DNA of 52,096 bases, the filler included, from Sphacelaria rigidula (taxonomy: Eukaryota), in NCBI GenBank assembly GCA_964200075.2. It is 4 parts of 4 records of this genome, joined end to end, with 100 filler letters (N's around TTAATTAATTAA, not from the genome) between each part and the next. Parts side by side here need not be neighbours in the genome. Positions count along the whole stretch, not along the records: positions 39,149 to 52,096 come from CAXNAA020003275.1; 3 more parts are not named here. The stretch is one strand, 5' to 3'. Shown here one piece after another: positions 39,149-52,096 of this stretch (position 1 is its first letter; each line of letters opens with the position of its first letter). Under the pieces are notes generated by a model. That model worked only from the letters and a program-made list of their open reading frames with translations. It ran no database searches and was not told the DNA's origin. A program made the position numbers and the translations under genes.

Positions 39149-39885
39149 AAGTTAGAGTGAAAAATGTTTCCGTCCAGCTCTCTTTGTTGGGGGGCCGAAA
39201 ATCACAAAAAAACCGTACAACCCCCCCCCCCCCCCCCCACACACACACTCATTCTGGTTTTCCTTGCTAAGTACTTTGTGTTGACGACTCAATACACAAT
39301 GTACCTGGCGACGAAGATATGGGATCTGGTACGCGCCTGCGCGGGCGCTTTCTGATTAACCTACTTGAAGTTTTTGGGTAGGGGGCCACGGAGCTCGCGT
39401 GCTTGTATAAGCCGAAAGGTGGTGCAGCACCTGCTGGGTGGTGTAACTTTTGGTTGATGGGTACGCCGACTGTGCGTCTTGCGAGTTTACTCCTTGTGTG
39501 CGAAGTGGTGCAGATGAACCCAGGAAAAGCCTCTCTGTACAATAAAGGCTAGAGGTTGAGTGAGACAAGGTGTGTGATGAAGCTCTTATACGTGGTGTCG
39601 GGGAAAACCATTGCGTTTCGATTGACGAGTAGAGAAATTGTATATTCGCTTGATTCAATTAGCAATTGAATCACGATCTCCCTTCTCCTGTCCAGCATTG
39701 AATTTGATAACATGTAATGGTGTCCTTTTCCCTCGTCCTCCATACACACGCTCGACGCTCGAGCCCTCTCCTCACGACAGCACCGAGATCTGTACCGTGT
39801 GCTATACATAGAAGTCACAGTCAAAGGTGTTCTTGCGTCGTCACTTTGCGGGCTTATCCCTCCTCTTCTTTGATGTCGTGTGCAG

Positions 39886-42800
39886 GTAATCGACATGCTG
39901 GGTATGCCCAAAGAGTCCTCGGCGGATGTGCTCGGCGTGTTCGATGCAGAGCTGCTTCTCCTGAGCCAGCTCAGCAGCCCCAACGTTGTCAAGGTGTGTT
40001 TGATGAACTTATTCAACTTCTTGTCGTACACAAAGATGAAGTTATCCGCTATTGTACGAACTGAGCCGTGGTCACTAAAGAGGAGCACTGTAGTCAAGGT
40101 GAAGGAAAAGTTGGTTAGTACTAGCGAAAGAACACTCGAACAAAGTAGTATCGAAAGTAAAAGCAGCGTCAACAGACGTTGACCCGAGCTTGCAATGCAA
40201 CTTGTATGAAGGGTACAAGATGTTCAATTTGCTGGCTTTTTTTTTTCCTGCGTCTTGTCTGGCTAATTGATACTCGTATCTTTTATTTTTTCTTCCTTCT
40301 GTTCGGTATTTGATGTATGGCTTTGAATTGATGTTGAAAATAGGTTCGTAGCGTTGGCTGGTCAATTGTTCAAGTTTCCCAGCGCCATAGGTGTGCAACA
40401 GTCATGGAGTTGTCTTCGGCTAGCACCGTCGTGAATACAAGATGTTGTAGGTGCCGCTCCATTGCTTCGTGCTGCCTGTTTTTGTTTGTTTTGTAATTGT
40501 TGTACTATTGCGGGGCTTGCAGTATGCGTACGTGTGAGTGCGTTTCCCGTGTTACTGACTGTCGTCCGTATCGCGTTCTTTTTTTTTTGCAGATATTCGG
40601 CGCTGCGGTATCCCCTGTCCAGCTGATCATTGTGTCGGAGTTCGTTGAGGGAGGCACACTCCGTGACCAACTCGAAAACGTTCGCCGCGGCCCCGACTTC
40701 TGGATACAGTAAGTGGTATTCTCTCTTTACATAGATGCGTCCATCCGCCAAGTATGTCGAGTTCTAGCAATCGTACGGAGACGTGGTTTATGCTTGCATT
40801 GATAGTTGTGGTTTTGTGCGATGCTACAGAGTGTCTGTCGCTCACTTGCTGTAGAGGTTTGCAGTGACTTGAATAGTTGAACCTTTGAACCCTCCCCCCA
40901 CCCCCTCCGTGGTCCATAAGAAAGAAATGTGAACGCAACTGAAGAAGTGGAGCGTCGCCCGCCTTCGTTGCTGGTGATATATTTTTCATGTTTGGTCCAA
41001 ACATGGCAACACCTGAGCGCATGTCTCGATAAGTTGCTGCGTTGTAACAGTACTTGAGTTTCATCTTGTGAAGATATATGAGGAAAGGAAACACGCTAGA
41101 GCAGAGGGCTTTCGACAAACCCAATACCCTGATATCGCAACCGTTCCTTGGATTGGATATACTTGACGAAGAAGCGCCTGTCGATCACTGAGGGCTATCG
41201 ATGCGCATGTTCATGTTATATATGCCAAAGTCAACTCTGTATCCCTACGCTGAATCGTTCGATTCCGCGGTCTGTTCAAACGTCCAACTTTTGCAGCAAC
41301 CGGAAGTCGATCGCTCAAGACGTGGCCGCGGGCATGAGGAGCGTTTATGCGCACGGAATGCAACACCGCCGTCTCACGTCGACCTCGGTGCTCTTGACCC
41401 ACAGCTGGCGGGCAAAGGTACCTACCGTCCGCTGCGCTTCGATCGATTTTTGTCAGTAAAACGCTGGCACAGTGTACCATCTCCCGTGTGGGTGAAATGA
41501 GCCTGGCTCACTGCACGTACATGTTGTGTTCACGCCTGATGGAACATATCTAAACGTTTATACTGCGTCGATGAATCCTTGGAAACAGATGAATACCCGT
41601 CCCGTGCTCGGTTTGGAGCTTGTTCCGGTAACTGCACACGAGAATGAGACTTGTCGGGTATGTGTCGACATTGCGCAGGCGCTGGTTGTTTTATAGCGCA
41701 TTGCTGTTCGATTATGTTCCTGATGAGAACCCTACCGTGGTTTGCTTCTGTCTCTCTTTTTCTCCTCTCCGCTGTTTCTTCCTTCTCGTGTCTGGTGCTG
41801 CTGTGCGTGTGTTTCTCGTATTTGGTCTTCTCTCGTTACCCTCTTCTTTTTCTTCGTTTTTTTTCTCCTCATTCCGATCTGTCGTATTGTTGATATTCCC
41901 TTCTCTTTTCTTTGTTGAAAGATTTCCGGTCTAGGCTTTCTGATGACGAAGGAAATGGTAGCTCGTGCCCACCAACAGGATGAAGACGAAGAGAAAGAGG
42001 ACGCCAAGACCGCCTACCAAGCGCTCTGGGTGTCGAGAGAGGTCCTTGGAGGTGGGCACAGCAGTGGCTATTTTTTCCCTTGCTGCGGAATGTTGTGTCA
42101 TGAGTTGGGCACTATCCTTTGTTGCAAGATTCTTTCGAAAGTGGAGAAGGTAGCGGCCGATTCATTGTGCATCCAATGCATTCAGCGCTCCACATGGAGA
42201 TGAAAAAAAAAAAGCGCGACGTATTGAAGCACGCGCGCTGCCTTCCGGTACCATCGATTTGGTGTATATGAAGCTGCGGAAAACATGTGCGATGAATGCA
42301 CCTGAGTATGTCGAGAGGTTTTAACGTGCTAATACTGCAGTTGGGGAGGGGAAACGTTTTTTCCGTGTGTCTGCTTTTGCAAGCAAGTGCATCCTTTTTT
42401 TGTCATCTCCCAAGAAATGCCTCTCGTCAGTGAGGCTGGAGCTCATCCATTGTTTGTGTGTAATGGTGTCGAAATTCAGGAGCTGGGTTCGCGGAATCGA
42501 GCGACGTGTATAGCTTCGGCATTGTGCTGTGGGAGATCGTCCAAGGCGATGGCTCACTCCCGTTCACGGGCCTCTCGCCAACGGAGGTGAGTACTTTTTG
42601 TTGAGGGTGCCAAGTGTTGTGTTGCCCGATACGCCGACGGCAATCGGTGCTATCTTTGTTCACGCGCTATATGCCGTCTGTTTCCTTCAGCTTTCACTGC
42701 ATGCTTTTTTGGGTAGGTATCGAGGTTTGCGACAATGTCCAAGAGCCGTGCAGCGTACTTTCCCGATTTCCCAGACTCGTGTATTTTTTTGCGAGAGCAG

Positions 42801-43501
42801 TTGCCTCAAGTCCAAGTCGAGAGGGCATAGTCTTTTGTCTGTAGGAGTGTTGGCGAATTCTGCAGATCGCCCCCATATTTTCCCTTTTCGAGTTTGGTCC
42901 TGAACAGTGGTCGTTTGCCAAAACCTCCAATCCTGGGGAGTCGGGAAATTAGACTGGGCTTCGTGCAGTGAGGTGGTGCACAGGGTCTGATTCAGATTTC
43001 GACGGTATGTCTCGTTTGGCGCCCGGAGACGCTGTAGAGAGATGCAAAACTCAACCACATGAACAAAGAGCATCTAATTCAATCGCCGTGGCATTTGGTT
43101 TCACTACATGCCCTGCCCCCACACCTATCGCCCACGGGGATGCGATGCACATCTTGATATGGACTAATTTGTGGTGAGATTTACACACGTTCCCCGTTGG
43201 TACTGTAAGAATGGACGGTTTGGTTTGGCAAGCCGTTTGATTTTCAACAGCACCAAGACTACGACCGTTTTGATGGTTTCTTTTCGTCACTTCGTCTTCT
43301 ATTGGCCACTGTTGCTGCTGCTACTACTAGGTGGCGAGTGCAAAATACCATGGGCAGGGACCCGTGATTCCGAAGGGCTGCCCCAGAGACCTGGAGAGTC
43401 TTATGACCCGATGCTGGAGCACAACACCAGAGCAACGGCCGTCATTCGAACACATCTGTGACGAACTTGATCCCGCGCCCGCGGAACGTATCCTGCTGTG
43501 A
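39886..43501 (+). CDS. TKL-family protein kinase-like protein (predicted pseudokinase), 5'-partial
   Basis: Phase-consistent exons 39886-39993, 40593-40708, 41297-41417, 41922-42051, 42480-42586, 43331-43501. Motifs FDAELLLLSQLSSPNVVKIFG, IIVSEFVEGGTLRDQL, IAQDVAAGM..HGMQHRRLTSTSVLL, AKISGLG, WVSREVL, SDVYSFGIVLWEI, LMTRCWSTTPEQRPSF. Confidence 0.88.
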
Positions 43502-46500
43502 CAAGGCGTGATCCCTTGGAAAGTAGTAGTAGTAGTAGTAGTAGACGAAGGCAGCCCTCTCTTTGCGCTATTTGTACTATATTCGATTTGTCCGAATGCC
43601 TGGCTGACTGGTATAATTCGACGTTGCGTTTCTAATCGCTTGTGCTGTACGTCGTGCATGCTCGCGTATGATATCCGATGTTCTGCCGAGTAGTGGCCGA
43701 TAGGGCATCGTGCGCCGTGTGTGGCAGGCAAACTTTCCAAATTTGCCGTGCCAGCTCATGTACGAAAGCCTTGGGGAAGCCGGAAGCTGCTCGTAGATTG
43801 TGTGCGTGTATGCTGGTTATGTGCGTGTTTTGTTCGGCGTGGTGTAGAGTCATGATACTGTACCACGTTTGTGTGTTCGGATATTTTGTCCTGTCCTGTC
43901 CTTTGGTGTGTTGTAACGTGAAGCAAGCGGCGTATAATGACGTTAATGTTCAAAATCCAGCTATGCCGTAACCATGTGTAGCTGCGTGTTGTTTTTTTTG
44001 TCGCTTGTCATCAATATAAACATCATGTCGGGGGAACTAGTACATGCTGATGTGGGGTATGTAATTTTGGGAGAAGAAGCGGGGACGAGCGTGGCCCTCG
44101 TGTTGGGTGACACGAGAACAGCGCTCAAGCAGAGCAAACGAACGGTTTCGAGTGTTGAGATTGCTTGATCGGGAGGTGCATGCGCGAGTGAGGACTTGAT
44201 CAGCCCGCCATCGATAGCAAACGCTGGGTCGATGTTTTTATTACAGTGGCAACCTTTCTTGGGGGGGGGGGTGGACTGACTGCACACCCTCGGGCGATGG
44301 GTGGTTTGTTCGTTATTGACCGATGGCCCAAGAGTTTTGAGAGTTTTGAAGGGAAAAGTGGTTTTGGTCTCGGTATGTGTCATCTGTGTCATGTGCAACG
44401 TTTGTTGAGTTGGAGGTTCGGACGCAAGTGTCTCGCAACGAACCCTTCTAACGGGCGCCCGTAGTTCAATATTTCTCAAGTATCACGAGGTGCGTGTCTG
44501 GTGTGTGTTGTTGAAGTGTTATCATCTTTTTCTCGAAGCGATACACAAAAGCCCCCCCCCCACCCCGCCCGCCCGCCGAACCAACCCTCCACGCCACCCA
44601 CACTGCTCCTCCCTCTGCTTTCATCAAACCCTGATCAATAGCGCGGAGATGGGTGCCTGTGCAGCGAGGTTTTTTTCCGTCGAGTATTTTTTTCAAGTCC
44701 TCTTACTTTTAGCCTGGAAGTCGACATGGCACGCGGCGCACTACGCGCGTCCGCTACTAGAGATGTATTACCGCACGGCAGACTGCATGGGCATTCCGAT
44801 TTCGCCGACAGTGTCGATCCTGATTTACTGCGTAGTTGGGATGGGTGCAGGCACATTTGTCTCAGTTTGAACGGAACGAAACGAAAGTACGATACCAGGT
44901 TGCAAACCGGAAAGTGTCGTGGGTAAAGTAGTACTTTCAACACGGTATACCTAGCGTCGGAACAGTGGGAAGACACTGGGCGGTATGCCGTGTTCTCTCC
45001 CAGCCCGGCTGCGGTCGTAATTGCTACACTAGACATCGCCCGCGGCCATCCTTGCGCTGGTTCCAAAGCTAACGTGGGTGTGTGTAGGCAAGAAAACAGG
45101 CATCGTGCACGGCACCTCAAGTTGCAAAGCGGTTGAGCGTACACGCGTCATTGCACGTTGTGAACTGGGACTTACACACGAGGGTTGATACAGGTTGCTT
45201 TTATTTACAAGTAAATTTTCGTCAGACAGCCAAAACGCTCGTCTGGCTTGTACGGCCTGATACTAGTTGCCTTTCTGCATTTTGGTCCATCTTGAGTGAT
45301 TTTTTGGTGGAAGTTGAATCCGAGACCGGGGGAAGAAGTTTGACGATGAAACATCCTTGTTGCAGACCGTTGTGGTATGTTTTCATTGTATATTGCGTGG
45401 GTGGTGCGGAACGACTGAGGTTTGCAGTCGTGGTCGTTTTCGTCAGCCCTCCATTCGTCTCTCTTCCTCTTTGCCTCGGAAGACTGTTTTTACATGGGAA
45501 GCTGTGCGCCCTTGTCCAGTTATCGACGTAGTATCAGGCCGTCTTACATCGTAGAGCTGTATTTCGTGGGTACGGACAGTTCCCCAATCAACCACTAGGT
45601 ATCCTAGAGCATGCCTGTTTTGTTTTGTTTTCGATGGGGGAGAGTATATATACGTGCATGTCCAGGGGAGAAAAAAACAGTCACTGTCAGCTGTGGTGGC
45701 AACTGAGTGGGTGTTTTGGTTTTTGACGAGAGGTATATCCAACGTCCTTTTATCGGTAGCCCTCTCTATTTTGTGTTGATTCTCGTCCATCAGTACAGCT
45801 CTCTGTCTCCGGCAGATTGTGTGAAGTCGTCTGTCTGTGTTTGAATGTTATGGGAACGTCAAGTAAAATATACCCTTCGTTGTAGTTGCTTGTGGCACTT
45901 CTCTTCCCGCTGTTGTTGGTCCATCGTCTATCGTACGTGCGTCCAGCCTTTTTTAAGTTCGATCTGTGTTTTGCTGGAAAGGGTGATTTCCGTATCACCC
46001 TCCGCAGTGTTTATTTATGTCGCGAAAATGCTGCTTGTCCCTCACGTGCAGCCGTTCAGCGTTCACATTGAACATTGGATGATAATCAGATGTTTATTCG
46101 GAGGCCTTTCGCGATGTTGGCAGGTTAGTGACGGCACCAAACGCCTCTAGCGAGCGACAGCAGAGCACGTCCATCACGGGGCGATTCTTTCAGCTTTCTC
46201 CGCCTCAACGTCCTCTTCCGCAATGTGCACCATGGGTTGTATACGCCAGTGCACTATAGCCATTTGAGGTACCGTGGAAACTCTAGCGAATGTAAACATC
46301 GAAGTCCTCGTAGCCAACTCGTTGCCTGAAGTTTACGGGGCGAGTACCTCTGAACCCCGAGCACGCCGCAGGTAATTTCGGAACAGTATCACGGGCGAAA
46401 CTCCAACCTCGGTGATCCTCACGGCAGAGCTGAGTAGCTCCTCTCTCTGGACATCCCAGATGACAACATCCCGACCATTTCGTGGTGCTCAATCCGTGAC

Positions 46501-46826
46501 TCGTGTGCGGTACAACGAAGAACTTATCCAGGTAGTAATATACGCCTCGAGAGCCCGTTTGGCGGCGGTCTGGCGCCCTAGAGGTTACTTGGCGGAAGCG
46601 TATGCAACATGTGTGCGATTTTTTCATGATTACGCTCGTGATGAAATACTCACGAACAACCTTCAGAAAGACAGTTTTTTCGTGAGAATGCTACGACCGA
46701 TGATAGTATGAAGGATAGTTGTTTTTTGCAAAGTGGGGCAAGAGGCGTACATTATTCACCTGGGGCCGTTGTGGACGAAGATCATAAGCAAACAACAAAC
46801 AACGACGTCTAATTAATAATGTTATA

Positions 46827-47701
46827 CTTCCTCTGTCCCATAAGTCTGGGGAGTTATGTTTGTACGAGCCCTCAACGATGTCGGATGTCTTCGGCGATAT
46901 TTTTTTTTTAATCTTGAGCGTTTTTCGGGTTGAACCACATTTTTTTTTTTTTCTTGCGCACCACCCTGCATGTGCTAGCAGCTAACAAAAAAGTAGTCAG
47001 GCCAAAAATGGCCGTATTTTGACCACTTTCCACTGGGGGGCACTATAACAAAACAACACGAAAACCCCCCAAGAATTATCCCCAACCCTAAAACCTAACC
47101 CCCCTCTACTCAACGTTCCATGTCGCATCCCTCCCTACTAAAACCAGTATAATAGTGACCCCAGACTAAAACCAAGACACTTAGGGGGCAAACCAAACAA
47201 CAGTAGACCCCCCCTCTACTCAATGCTCCAACTCAACGATCCATGTCGCGTCCCCCCATACTAAAACCAGTACACTTGGGGGCCCACACTAGAACCAAGA
47301 CACTTGGGGGTCCCCAGGGGAAAACAAGCGATCATGAGTTGTCTTCGCAACCTCCACCGCGATAGCAATGCGGCGGCCCTCGGATAGCTCGCCGCCCTTG
47401 CAACGGGGGGGGGGGTACTTGGGGGCAAGTCCATGGTATGGTGTTGTCTGGGGGCTATGTCTAGGGTAGTGAACACGAATTCTCAAGAAAAAACTCGAAA
47501 AAAACTCAAAAATGGGCCAAAATGGGCATATTAATGACTTAATTTTGGTATGGACAACCGGCTTTTTTGTTTGTTTGCATCAGCTTCAGCTTCGTTGAGA
47601 CTTCATCTTTCCAACGAACCTAACTATAGGATGATCGGAAAAGTATAAGTGTGCAAACAATTACACGCCCATAACTCCCCAGACTTATGCGACAGAGGAA
47701 G
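46827..47701. mobile_element. Tc1/mariner-type non-autonomous element (~875 bp)
   Basis: TA|CTTCCTCTGTCCCATAAGTCTGGGGAGTTATG...CATAACTCCCCAGACTTATGCGACAGAGGAAG|TA. It contains an internal ~95-bp imperfect duplication (~47099-47190 and ~47208-47310). Confidence 0.85.
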
Positions 47702-47793
47702 TATGTAGTCTGAGACGTTTCATCGTTGCATCAGACTGGACACATATCCATGACTCTTTGCGAGCCTCTTAAACGGAACAGTCACCACCTTAA

Positions 47794-47891
47794 CCCTTAG
47801 ACCGCGAGATTAGTCTTTCTGGATCATGCGTACTTTTTTTCACTTGAAATTGATGCCGATTCAACAGAAGACTAACCTTGCGGTCTAAGGG
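47794..47891. mobile_element. piggyBac-type MITE (98 bp)
   Basis: TTAA|CCCTTAGACCGCGAGATTAGTCTT...AAGACTAACCTTGCGGTCTAAGGG|TTAA. Confidence 0.88.
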
Positions 47892-49085
47892 TTAACTTCG
47901 ACGATACAACAGCTTCAAGGGATAGGGGCGCGGCGGGGAAAGTACTGCTGTCGCTTCCTCCCTCACCCCTATATTTGATCGACCCTCCCGTCGCCAGAAA
48001 CACGACGTGACGGAACAGGAATTCCCGTCCCGTACAATTTCTCGTGAAATTTCCCCTTCCTGACGAGCCCTGGTCACAATCCTGTTCAAGTATTTGCGTG
48101 TAAACAAGAACGAGATCAGAAACCTACAGACACCACCAACCAGGGGTGGGAGGAGAAGAAACAACCGGTACTCATCGTTTGTGGCAGGGCCATTGCGGTA
48201 GAAAGCAACCTCTGTGCGTGGTTAGGAGTGAGAGATAAAATGATTTCATATCTGGGTACGAGAAAAGAGGAGTTATGAATTGGTAATGAAGTAGGGTTGT
48301 CACGTTTTAGCGACACCTAACTCTTCTCACGCCTTCGAGGATAACGCCAGTCGTCCCTACACGTGAGTCTTTCTTTCTAGGGGAGAAGACTCCTTATCTT
48401 GTGAGAAGAGGATGACTTTTTCCCCGCTGCTAAAACTTTAAATGTTCCAGACATACCACTATCATAGCCACGTGCATCACAACTTGTGTACCATTTAGAC
48501 CTAAAAAAGGGGAAACAACACCCCTGATCTACGGAAGATAACACTCCCGAGAACGACTATTTTTCTCTCCCCTGCTTCACCCTGTAACCCTTGCTCCAAT
48601 CCCACTAGGCTAGTCCATTCGTTCATTATGTGCTTTTTATTTGTTGTTTTACATATGATTCCTGGGATGTGTATATGTATGTCTGTTGAACCCGAGAATT
48701 TCCGGAAAATGGACCAACCCCGGGACGAGCTCGGTGATGGGTTATAATTCGCGCCGTGCCATGCCAAACAATCATTCATTGGATTCGACATATTGGTGCC
48801 AAATACAACTACAACACAAGAAAAGCTAATCTGGCATTAGCGCGACTCACACAATTTTGCTGTGAAATAAATATCCCAGAAGGAACAACCACCGGGATAA
48901 AAGAGGATGTACTGTATTTTAAAGCATACCTCGACGGATGTTCGAATTATTTTTCACTCAAGTTAACTACTAGCTCTACGAGCTGGGCCAGCCAACAGTA
49001 GTAGTGGGTGGTTTCCTCGCTCAGGCGACGCACGGCGCGATATTAGGAGTTGGACGCTGAAATTTTGAGAGCAGTTTTTTATGGC

Positions 49086-49341
49086 GAGTGATGCTACGGT
49101 AGGTGTACACAAATATTTTCTGAGGTTAGAAATGTTAGGAGCCCTTTATCTCGCCAAAAACACGAATTATGAAAATATGCGAGAGTACGCCAGCATTACT
49201 ATTTCAATGTGCTGAGGATATCCCGAATATATCTGCAAACGGGGATGCCCTGACCCATATTCTTGTGGGTCTGGAATCGTTAGTAGCCCCTGAACCAGAC
49301 AAAATTTCGCGAAAAAAGTGCACCCCTACCGTAGCATGCTC
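49086..49341 (+). mobile_element. Sola-like MITE family B, copy 4
   Basis: GAGTGATGCTACGGTAGGTGTACAC...GTGCACCCCTACCGTAGCATGCTC. The TSD is degraded (TGGC/TGAT). Confidence 0.82.
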
Positions 49342-49587
49342 TGATCAAAATGCAGAATGTATGTGACGACAGCAGCAAAGAAAAAAAGAAAAAAAGAAGA
49401 GGAAGTTGTGGGGATTTGAAATATCAGCAAAAACAAGATAATAATGTCATAAGTCCAGGGGGGAAATGAGAATCTGCAGCTGCTCACGTGATGTATCATT
49501 TCCTTGGGTGTAGAAGGTCTTCGTGAAATTCTTCGAGAGTCGTCAAATTGGGCCGTGCGTGCAACATATTGCGTGAAGCTGCTGCAC

Positions 49588-49663
49588 CCCTATAATTCAA
49601 GTGATGGGAGACTCCAATTATGGAGGTCATGAGTTCGAATCCCGACAGATTCTCTTTTTTTTT
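49588..49663 (+). repeat. Degenerate tRNA-like / SINE head
   Basis: B-box GAGTTCGAATCCC followed by a T-run. The A-box is degenerate. Confidence 0.35.
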
Positions 49664-50477
49664 GCGTCCGTCGTTGAGGTCATATATTATGTAGTACATT
49701 TTATTCACTTTTTTTTCATTCAGCGGCGGCGCTGTGTGTTACTAGGTTGGTCTGCACTTCACAGTGACATGCTTACATCGGGTTCATTCGGGAAACTAGG
49801 AAAGCTGTGGTTTGGGCAACTGTTAGTCGCTTTCAAGCTGACCCGGCTCGTACTACCTGTCGAAGCGCGCGGACCGGAACGGGCTGTTTGTCACAGACGT
49901 GTGCATCCCGATACACAAAACACACCATACAGGAAACAAGACACATGGAAGAAGAGCGGTCAGTACGGAGTTTTTTGCGGTGTTGTTCTGTTTAGACTTG
50001 TTGTGCCTCGCCCTCACTCCAGACTACGATCCAACCGACCTACCCTGAGCGCACGCGAGGTGATATCTAAGATGCCGAGACTGTCCAACCCAAATCCATA
50101 AAGGTGGACTGATAGATGGATCTCTTCTCACGTGTCATATGCGATAGTGGTATGTATGGAAATGCTCCTTGCAAGAAACAGGACCAACTGTACTGGGATC
50201 TATTTGGGGATTCATGTCCTTCGTGTGTGTTCTCATCCCGTCTGTTGTGAACATCAGTCAGTCTACATCTTTCGATATATGTAGGCGCACCAGCCGAGGT
50301 CACATAGATAGGAGGGAGGCCAGCACATGGGTCATTTCTTTCTTATTTTGTTTTAGTACACGACCTTCCTTAGTGGTGCTTGCCTTGTTTTTTATCGCGA
50401 GGGGGATTCAGCAGTCCCTTTCCCTCGTCGACCGTGAAGCTGCCTTTCACACGCGGCCATTCGACTACACCACAAAT

Positions 50478-50760
50478 TTTCTCCGGAGGGATGTGTGGCC
50501 CTCCAGGGGGGAAACAAGCCTCTGAAGGCCTTCCATCCCTCTAGAGGAAACCAAACTCTGCCGACCCGGAGGGCCGCGCACCCCTCCGGAGGAAATTGGG
50601 GGTATGCGCGGCCCTCTGGAGGCAAGAATAAGCCTCCGATGGCGTTTAATCCCTCTGGAGGAAATAAAAAGAACTCCTCTGGAGGACTGCGCACCCCTCC
50701 GGAGGCGTTTAATTCCTCTGGAGGCTCGAAAAGTGTACCCACCTGGAGGAAGTTTGGAGG
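50478..50760. repeat. Repeat built of CCTC(C/T)GGAGG palindromic motifs
   Basis: About 10 variants of CCTCYGGAGG at roughly 20-30 bp spacing, including two GGCGTTTAAT(C/T)CCTCTGGAGG units. Confidence 0.6.
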
Positions 50761-50773
50761 CAGCCAAATGGCC

Positions 50774-50930
50774 GTGTGTGTTGTGTACGCATGACATAGT
50801 CGCTCTCCAGTCACTGTTGGGCATTGTGTGGGGAAAAAACCCAGATCGTGTGACTGCACCGAGATTCGAACCCACGACTCAACTGTCAGTACGATTCGAG
50901 GTTATCAACTGAGCCACCGGGGCGACCGGC
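50774..50930 (-). mobile_element. tRNA-derived SINE with (AC)n tail
   Basis: Minus strand: GCCGGTCGCCCCGGTGGCTCAGTTGAT (A-box)...GTGGGTTCGAATCTC (B-box)...ACACAACACACAC tail. Confidence 0.72.
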
Positions 50931-52096
50931 AGTCACAATAATATCCATCAGCGAAAAAAATTACATGTCACCATTCGGCTAGTTCAAACTATTCAAGAGG
51001 TACGGACACTCCGTTTGGATTATTTTTTTGTTTGCACTATTCAATGCGTCGAGGATCTATTTCGGTGTCGAGAAACCCCGGGACTACTCTTTGTTTGTTT
51101 CACGCGATTGATACTAGAGGCACGTGGTGGTCTTGTTGAGGACCACTCATCGAATGGTACATGGTAAGCACATTTTGGGTAGCGCAGCCGTGAGGAGGTA
51201 TTCGACATGATACTCAACGATATTCTGAGTTGTGCCATGGATAGACGAAAAATCAAATCCCGGACACCTATGTACCCCCACCCCCTAACCCCCCTGAGAG
51301 TCGAGGACAAAAAAAATATGTTAATTTACGTTTCCTTCCTTTCGCTTGTATGATGCCCGTTACCCCTCAAACGCATACCAAATATACTCACGACTCGTAC
51401 TTGTCGGGAACACCTGCGTGCTGCCGTGGGTTGATTGGCTTGGCTTCATCTGACGGTGGTTCTAGTTGGAGACGATCCCCGACCAAGACCACCCCCTGCG
51501 GAAACCTTGGACAAGAGTTACAAAAAAATAGCCATTACTCACATCTAAGCTTGTGCAAATCGGTAATAACGGGGAGGAGCTCATGATGAATACCCTCGTC
51601 GCCAGTTCCAGTTTAAGTGCAGTGCAAGTTAAATCGACAGTATGAACTGGTTCAGTTCACAGCCCTGACATATCTTATTTTTTTGCCCTATATTCTTCAC
51701 TCATTTTCCCATAGTATTTTATTCTTATTTACTTCACTTTTTTTCCTTGAGGTATTTCCTTTTTTGTTCCATTTCTTCCATTTCATCTTTCAATTTCTTC
51801 AATTTCTGTAGTTTATTTTTATTATATACTTGATTTTTCTTTATTTCATCTTTGATATTTCTTCATACACGATCTGGGGGGATACATGGATCGTATGCTA
51901 TCCACACCCACACACATCAGGGGGGGGGGTACCCCACCTCCGACGCTGCCTTGCTTTGTATGGGATTCAGTACTCGATCGGTTTATAGGAGTTTGTATGG
52001 CGTTTGGGGGGGAGGGGGGGGGTGGCCTAGTGCCCTATCCCCCCCCCCCCAAAAAAAAAATGCCTTACCGATGACCGACCACATGACCTAAGAGAA

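Noticed and set aside
47080-47105. CCCTAA-like motifs suggesting telomeric repeat
   Set aside because: Only two imperfect units, located inside a Tc1/mariner element.
49169-49366. Recurrent short ORF family MKICESTP.LLFQCA.DIPN (also 13379, 18248, 33740)
   Set aside because: It lies inside a ~255-bp MITE with TIRs and TSDs, and the frames differ and run out into unrelated flanks.
50845-50930. Functional tRNA gene
   Set aside because: A and B boxes are present but there is no proper acceptor or anticodon stem, and it continues into a body with an (AC)n tail. This fits a SINE.
51617-51860. Phe/Leu-rich ORF resembling a membrane peptide
   Set aside because: It is the translation of a T-rich low-complexity tract.

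Overview
The window is not one locus. It is four unrelated contigs of about 12.95 kb (1-12951, 13052-26000, 26101-39048, 39149-52096) joined by artificial N44-TTAATTAATTAA-N44 linkers. The DNA is eukaryotic and intron-rich with many MITEs. The gene content and style suggest a brown alga or related stramenopile (inference). Genes were built by hand from splice sites and reading phase. Contig 1 has a partial ATG2 (10 exons, - strand). Contig 2 has the 3' end of the ATM kinase, a single-coding-exon F-box + cytochrome b5 protein and a tentative unknown gene. Contig 3 has an apparently complete 8-exon secreted, possibly GPI-anchored LNR-repeat gene that the ORF track misses. It also has a thiolase terminal exon whose 3' end is tandemly amplified, with a different mobile element inserted in nearly every unit. 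Contig 4 has a TKL-type pseudokinase lacking HRD and DFG. Non-autonomous elements include Sola-like (4-bp TSD), hAT/P-like (8-bp TSD), Tc1/mariner (TA), piggyBac (TTAA), Harbinger-like (3-bp TSD) and tRNA-derived SINEs. There is also an unusual ~70-nt structured poly(C)-tailed retroposon-like family with 5 copies. No database searches were run.
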